From positions 1,706,746 through 1,718,288 of the forward strand of contig NW_003314287.1 in the NCBI RefSeq assembly GCF_000143415.4: a stretch of 11,543 nt of DNA. The letters run 5' to 3'. The first letter of the stretch is position 1. Every line of letters begins with the position of its first letter. The position numbers and the translations under genes are program-made. Under the pieces are notes generated by a model. That model did no database searches, was not told the DNA's origin, and saw nothing but the letters and a program-made list of their open reading frames with translations. Below are positions 8,201 to 11,543 of the stretch, piece by piece. This stretch comes from Selaginella moellendorffii. Its lineage: Eukaryota; Plantae; Lycopodiophyta.

Positions 8201-9094
8201 TCACATTAGGCTTATGAGAGTTTTTTGCTTTAAGTGTTGTGCCAACATCTCTCTTTAACAAAGGAAAAGTGACACTTTAAACATACAATCTTTATATCAC
8301 TAATAGAAGCCTAAAGAGTGTACTCCATAAATATGTTATAAACCACTTCCTCAATTATAGTTGCCTCTATTTAGATTGGTAAAGTCACTTTCTTCTTCAT
8401 TCAATCATGTAATATTTTCATAGAAGGCATTATTCCCATATATCTTCTTTCCTAAAATGCTAAAGGCTTTTAAAAATTGCTCTATAGTGCTTATCATATT
8501 TGATAGACATACTTTATAGAGACTTATCTTTCCTTCCCTACCTTAGAGGAACTCTAGTTCCAATACTTTCTCTCAAAAAATTCATATTTCAGATGTATAT
8601 AATGTCCTTAATTGGTTGGTCTTAATAAAAAATGATATTAAGAGGCAATACAAAAAGAAGACAAAAAGAAATCAATATGAAGAGAGTGATATCCCTATTA
8701 GAACATCTTAACTTTCCACCACCCTAACCACAATTCAAGTTGAGGTAGGTAACTTGTGTTTGTATAGCCTTCTTTGCACCATTATATCTGGATTTTGTTT
8801 GCCTTTGCCTCATACTCTTTTTGAATAGATAAAATTTGCACTATTTGCACAACTTTTTAAATATTGACTAAAACTTTGGCTTAATAAAGTGGCAATGCTA
8901 GTTTAAGCTTTGAGCCCAATGGAACTCACAAGTTTTCTCAAAACCTTCTAGAGGCTGACCATTCCTAAAAATTACTTGGATGCTATTCTAGTTTGCCCCA
9001 ACCCCATCTATTATGAAACTATGAAAGTTGTAGGCTTACTAAACTGCTTAAGCATAATGTCAAAGAGGGACTTCCAAAATATTTTTTAGGCTGT

Positions 9095-9629
9095 TGTAGT
9101 GTATGTGATCATGGGATAAGATTTAGATATACTATCACCATGGATCCTTAAAACCTTAAAGGATAAATAGGGGTAAAATAGCCACTAAGAGCTCTTTCAT
9201 CACATTACCCCTTTTCCAATTAGCTTAAGAGAAGAGAGATAAGATGTGCTACATGTGGTATTGGAGTAAATGGCATGGGTTTGATCCCCATTAATTAGTA
9301 GTTACCTAAAATATAATATACTCTTGAGTAGGATTTAAAATTTGAAATCATACGTATTGGGCATCCATGCGTATGTCCTTCTTTTTGTGGGGCATCCACC
9401 ATGAGACTACAGTACAAGTGAATAACTAGTTGTTTCATATGGGATAGTTTACATCTCTAAAGGGGGGTTGAATGTAACACTTGTGATCATAGGATGAAAT
9501 TTAGATATACTGTTACTATGGATCTTTAGAACTTTGGAAGATAAATAGGGGTAAAATAACCACTAAAGGCTTTCTCATTAAGTAATTACCGCTTTTCCAG
9601 TTGGCTTAAGAGGAAAGAGATAAGGTGCA
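9095..9629 (+). mobile_element. TRIM (terminal-repeat retrotransposon in miniature), 535 bp
   Basis: The 5' LTR is 9095-9253 (TGTAG...CTACA) and the 3' LTR is 9473-9629. A PBS-like TGGTATTGGAG at 9256-9266 resembles the tRNA-iMet PBS TGGTATCAGAG. The PPT AAAGGGGGGTTGAA is at 9459-9472. The TSD is degenerate, GCTGT (9090-9094) / ACTAT (9630-9634). The internal part is 219 bp and non-coding. Confidence 0.9.
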
Positions 9630-10030
9630 ACTATTTAGTCTTATATTTTAAACTTTGTTATCACAATTATCAAATTACAATATAGCCTGTGAAAAAAGTA
9701 AATCTTAAAACCGTTTTAATACAAAAATTACCTTGGATTATACATGTGAGCTTCTATGGTTGTTTAACTTGATATACACTTTATATAGTCAAAATGTATC
9801 CATACATTTATAAGGTCATTGGACCTAAATTTATCCATTTGAAAGACAATACCTACACCAAAGTTGGGGCTTATTGTGTTTCAAGGATGGAGTTAATGTT
9901 TGATAGTAACTTCCCCTCTTAAGATTCACATTAAAGATTTTATCCTAAAAAATATTAAAAAAAAATATGAGAAAAAAAATTATTGTAATATATAAAAATA
10001 CAATAGATATACTTCCTTAGACTAGTTGTA

Positions 10031-11543
10031 AATTGTTCAATTGGCACTTTGTTTCCTTCACACCACCATATGTGCATCTCATTTGCCTTTGCCTCGTGCT
10101 CTTCTTTAGTTGGTGCATCCATCCATTCCCGACAAAGTTGCTTGAACTCGTGATGGAAGTCAAATTTGATGCATTGGCAATATTCGTTGACACTCTTTGC
10201 TCAATGAAATTCACAACTCTTTTCTCTACCTTGTAACAGTTAACTTTTATCACCTCCAAACACTTGCTGCACAACGAACCAATTAGCACCAATAGCATCT
10301 GCCATGAAACCATGAAAGTTGGGTTTCTTCTCGGTTCGTTGTTTAACAACCTCAGACATATATGTCCAAAAAACAGTTTGAGTTTGGAAATCTTAGATCT
10401 TGAATTCAGATATAACTATAGTCAAGTTACATTGCAACCTATAGAAGGAATAGGTATAATGTAAACTGGCATGGAATCCTTAAAAAATGAAAAGCCACTT
10501 ACTTGTGATCATACACATGGGCTCCTATAGTTGACCAGCCTGAAACTCGTTCCATGTGGTCAAAATGGATCCAGGAATTAACCAAGTCCCCATCTCCATC
10601 CATATCTATTCGTTGTATAAGGTTCACATCAGAAGTAAGACCAAGGTTAGACATCTTAAAGATGAAAAAGTATTGATTGCTTGAAGTCACTTGGCCAATG
10701 AATAAGCTCCCATGAATAAACTCATAGAGACATTTTCTCTTTAACTCTAAAATCCCATCCAATCCAGATTGAAGCTTTTCATCTCGCCCTTCTTGCATCT
10801 AGTTCTTTATTCTACAAAAATAAAGAGTGTTATTTAGTGATAAAATAGAGTTAAGTATTAATTTTATACTTGTTTAAATTTGTCACAGGTTTTATATTTC
10901 GAAATAGGTCCTTCAACTGTTCTCCGTGAACTCCTTTTTACTATCAAATTGTAACAACATGTCCACCACATAATCCTTTAGTACAGATTGTTGAACGCAC
11001 TTTGGAGTTGCAGCACTTTTCTTCCCAACCTTTGTAGTAACAACAGCCTTCAAATTGTGAAAAAAATCACAGTGGATTCCTTCCTCTATTACGTATTGGT
11101 GGTATCCAACATGTATTGCTACTCTACCTAAACATCCATCCCGTGGAAGAAAATAATATATTTTCGCATTGCAACATGCTTGACACACAGGTGTTGCCCC
11201 GCATTTGCAACATCTAAACCCTATAGCAACTTCATCACGCTTAGGGGGATTGATTGTTGAGCCTTCAAAGAAACACATATTATTGCCATGATCAGAAATG
11301 CATTTTTTAGCAATACACTAAAGTTGTCCACCACAATAGACTATGGACACAGATCCATTGAAATGGGAGAAGTGGGTTGTCTTTACTCTACACTAATTAT
11401 GTGGATCAAGACATGTCTCCGTACCCCTTTTCCTACTTGACGAACTAGCCGGTAGAAACTCGAAGAATATATTCCTATTATAGAAAGAAGGAAGCTCCTC
11501 ACCTCTCATGTACTCAAACTCTTTCAATTCTAGCTGTAATGAT
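10031..11543 (-). pseudogene. Mutator-like transposase pseudogene, copy A, with an N-terminal GCM/WRKY-superfamily-like Zn domain; 5' end outside window, 3' end truncated
   Basis: The minus strand reads LPSFYNRNI/FEFLP...DPHN*CRVKTT...YCGGQL*C....C, then CKCGATPVCQACCNAKIYY...RVAIHVGYHQY. Introns are at 10869-10812 and 10502-10439. The DDE core reads WIHFDHMERVSGWSTIGAHVYD, then PNFHGFMADAIGANWFVVQQVFG...EKSCEFH*AKS (MULE D...CxxH). In-frame stops and frameshifts are present. Confidence 0.85.

Larger units (their letters stand above)
7457..10030 (-). pseudogene. Mutator-like (MULE) transposase pseudogene, copy B (older; DDE core plus C-terminal SWIM remnant), interrupted by a TRIM and an N gap
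   Basis: Manual minus-strand translation gives intron 10012-9945, then NDLINVWIHFDYIKCISS*TTIEAHMYNPR, intron 9731-9687, LYCNLIIVITKFKI*D, and the TRIM insertion. It continues KIFWKSL, NFHSFIIDGVGAN*NSIQVIF...EKTCEFHWAQS (D...CxxH motif) and LELWLGWW. A SWIM-like EYIIAIQDIPSCLYPNF...IYYIF lies at 7457-7560. There are many stops and frameshifts. Confidence 0.8.

Noticed and set aside
8070-8261. ORFs spanning the N run
   Set aside because: These are artefacts of the assembly gap.
9095-9629. Cassandra element or hammerhead retrozyme
   Set aside because: No 5S rRNA A/C-box sequence and no CTGANGA...GAAA hammerhead core were found by eye on either strand.
10017-10464. Track ORFs 10017-10349(-), 10033-10236(+) and 10264-10464(+) as real genes
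   Set aside because: They are off-frame or antisense to the stop-interrupted transposase frame that carries GFMAD and CEFH.

Overview
AT-rich eukaryotic genomic DNA with very short GT-AG introns (45-74 nt). The element types suggest a non-seed land plant, but the host is an inference. There is a 100-N assembly gap at 8101-8200. The left end holds the 3' part of an open, spliced, CpG-rich gene for a prokaryote-type beta-class (motif IV before motifs X-I) N4-cytosine/N6-adenine DNA methyltransferase-like protein with a non-canonical catalytic loop (DFPD instead of DPPY). It is followed by a convergent intronless gene with a BED-like C2HC zinc finger, and by a region dense in TGACA motifs: a 19-bp tandem repeat, a 3x46-bp tandem repeat and a 25-bp palindrome. 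This block ends in a TTGAC-rich hairpin that may be an element terminus. The middle has an intronless secreted Cys-rich protein resembling fungal KP4/Ecp2-type small toxins, plus degenerate LTR-type remnants. The right half holds two head-to-tail decayed copies of an intron-containing Mutator-like transposase (GCM-like Zn domain, DDE/CxxH core, SWIM remnant). The older copy is interrupted by a complete 535-bp TRIM retroelement. The best candidate for a novel system is the spliced amino-methyltransferase-like gene with its zinc-finger and TGACA-repeat module, possibly carried as cargo by GCM-MULE transposons.
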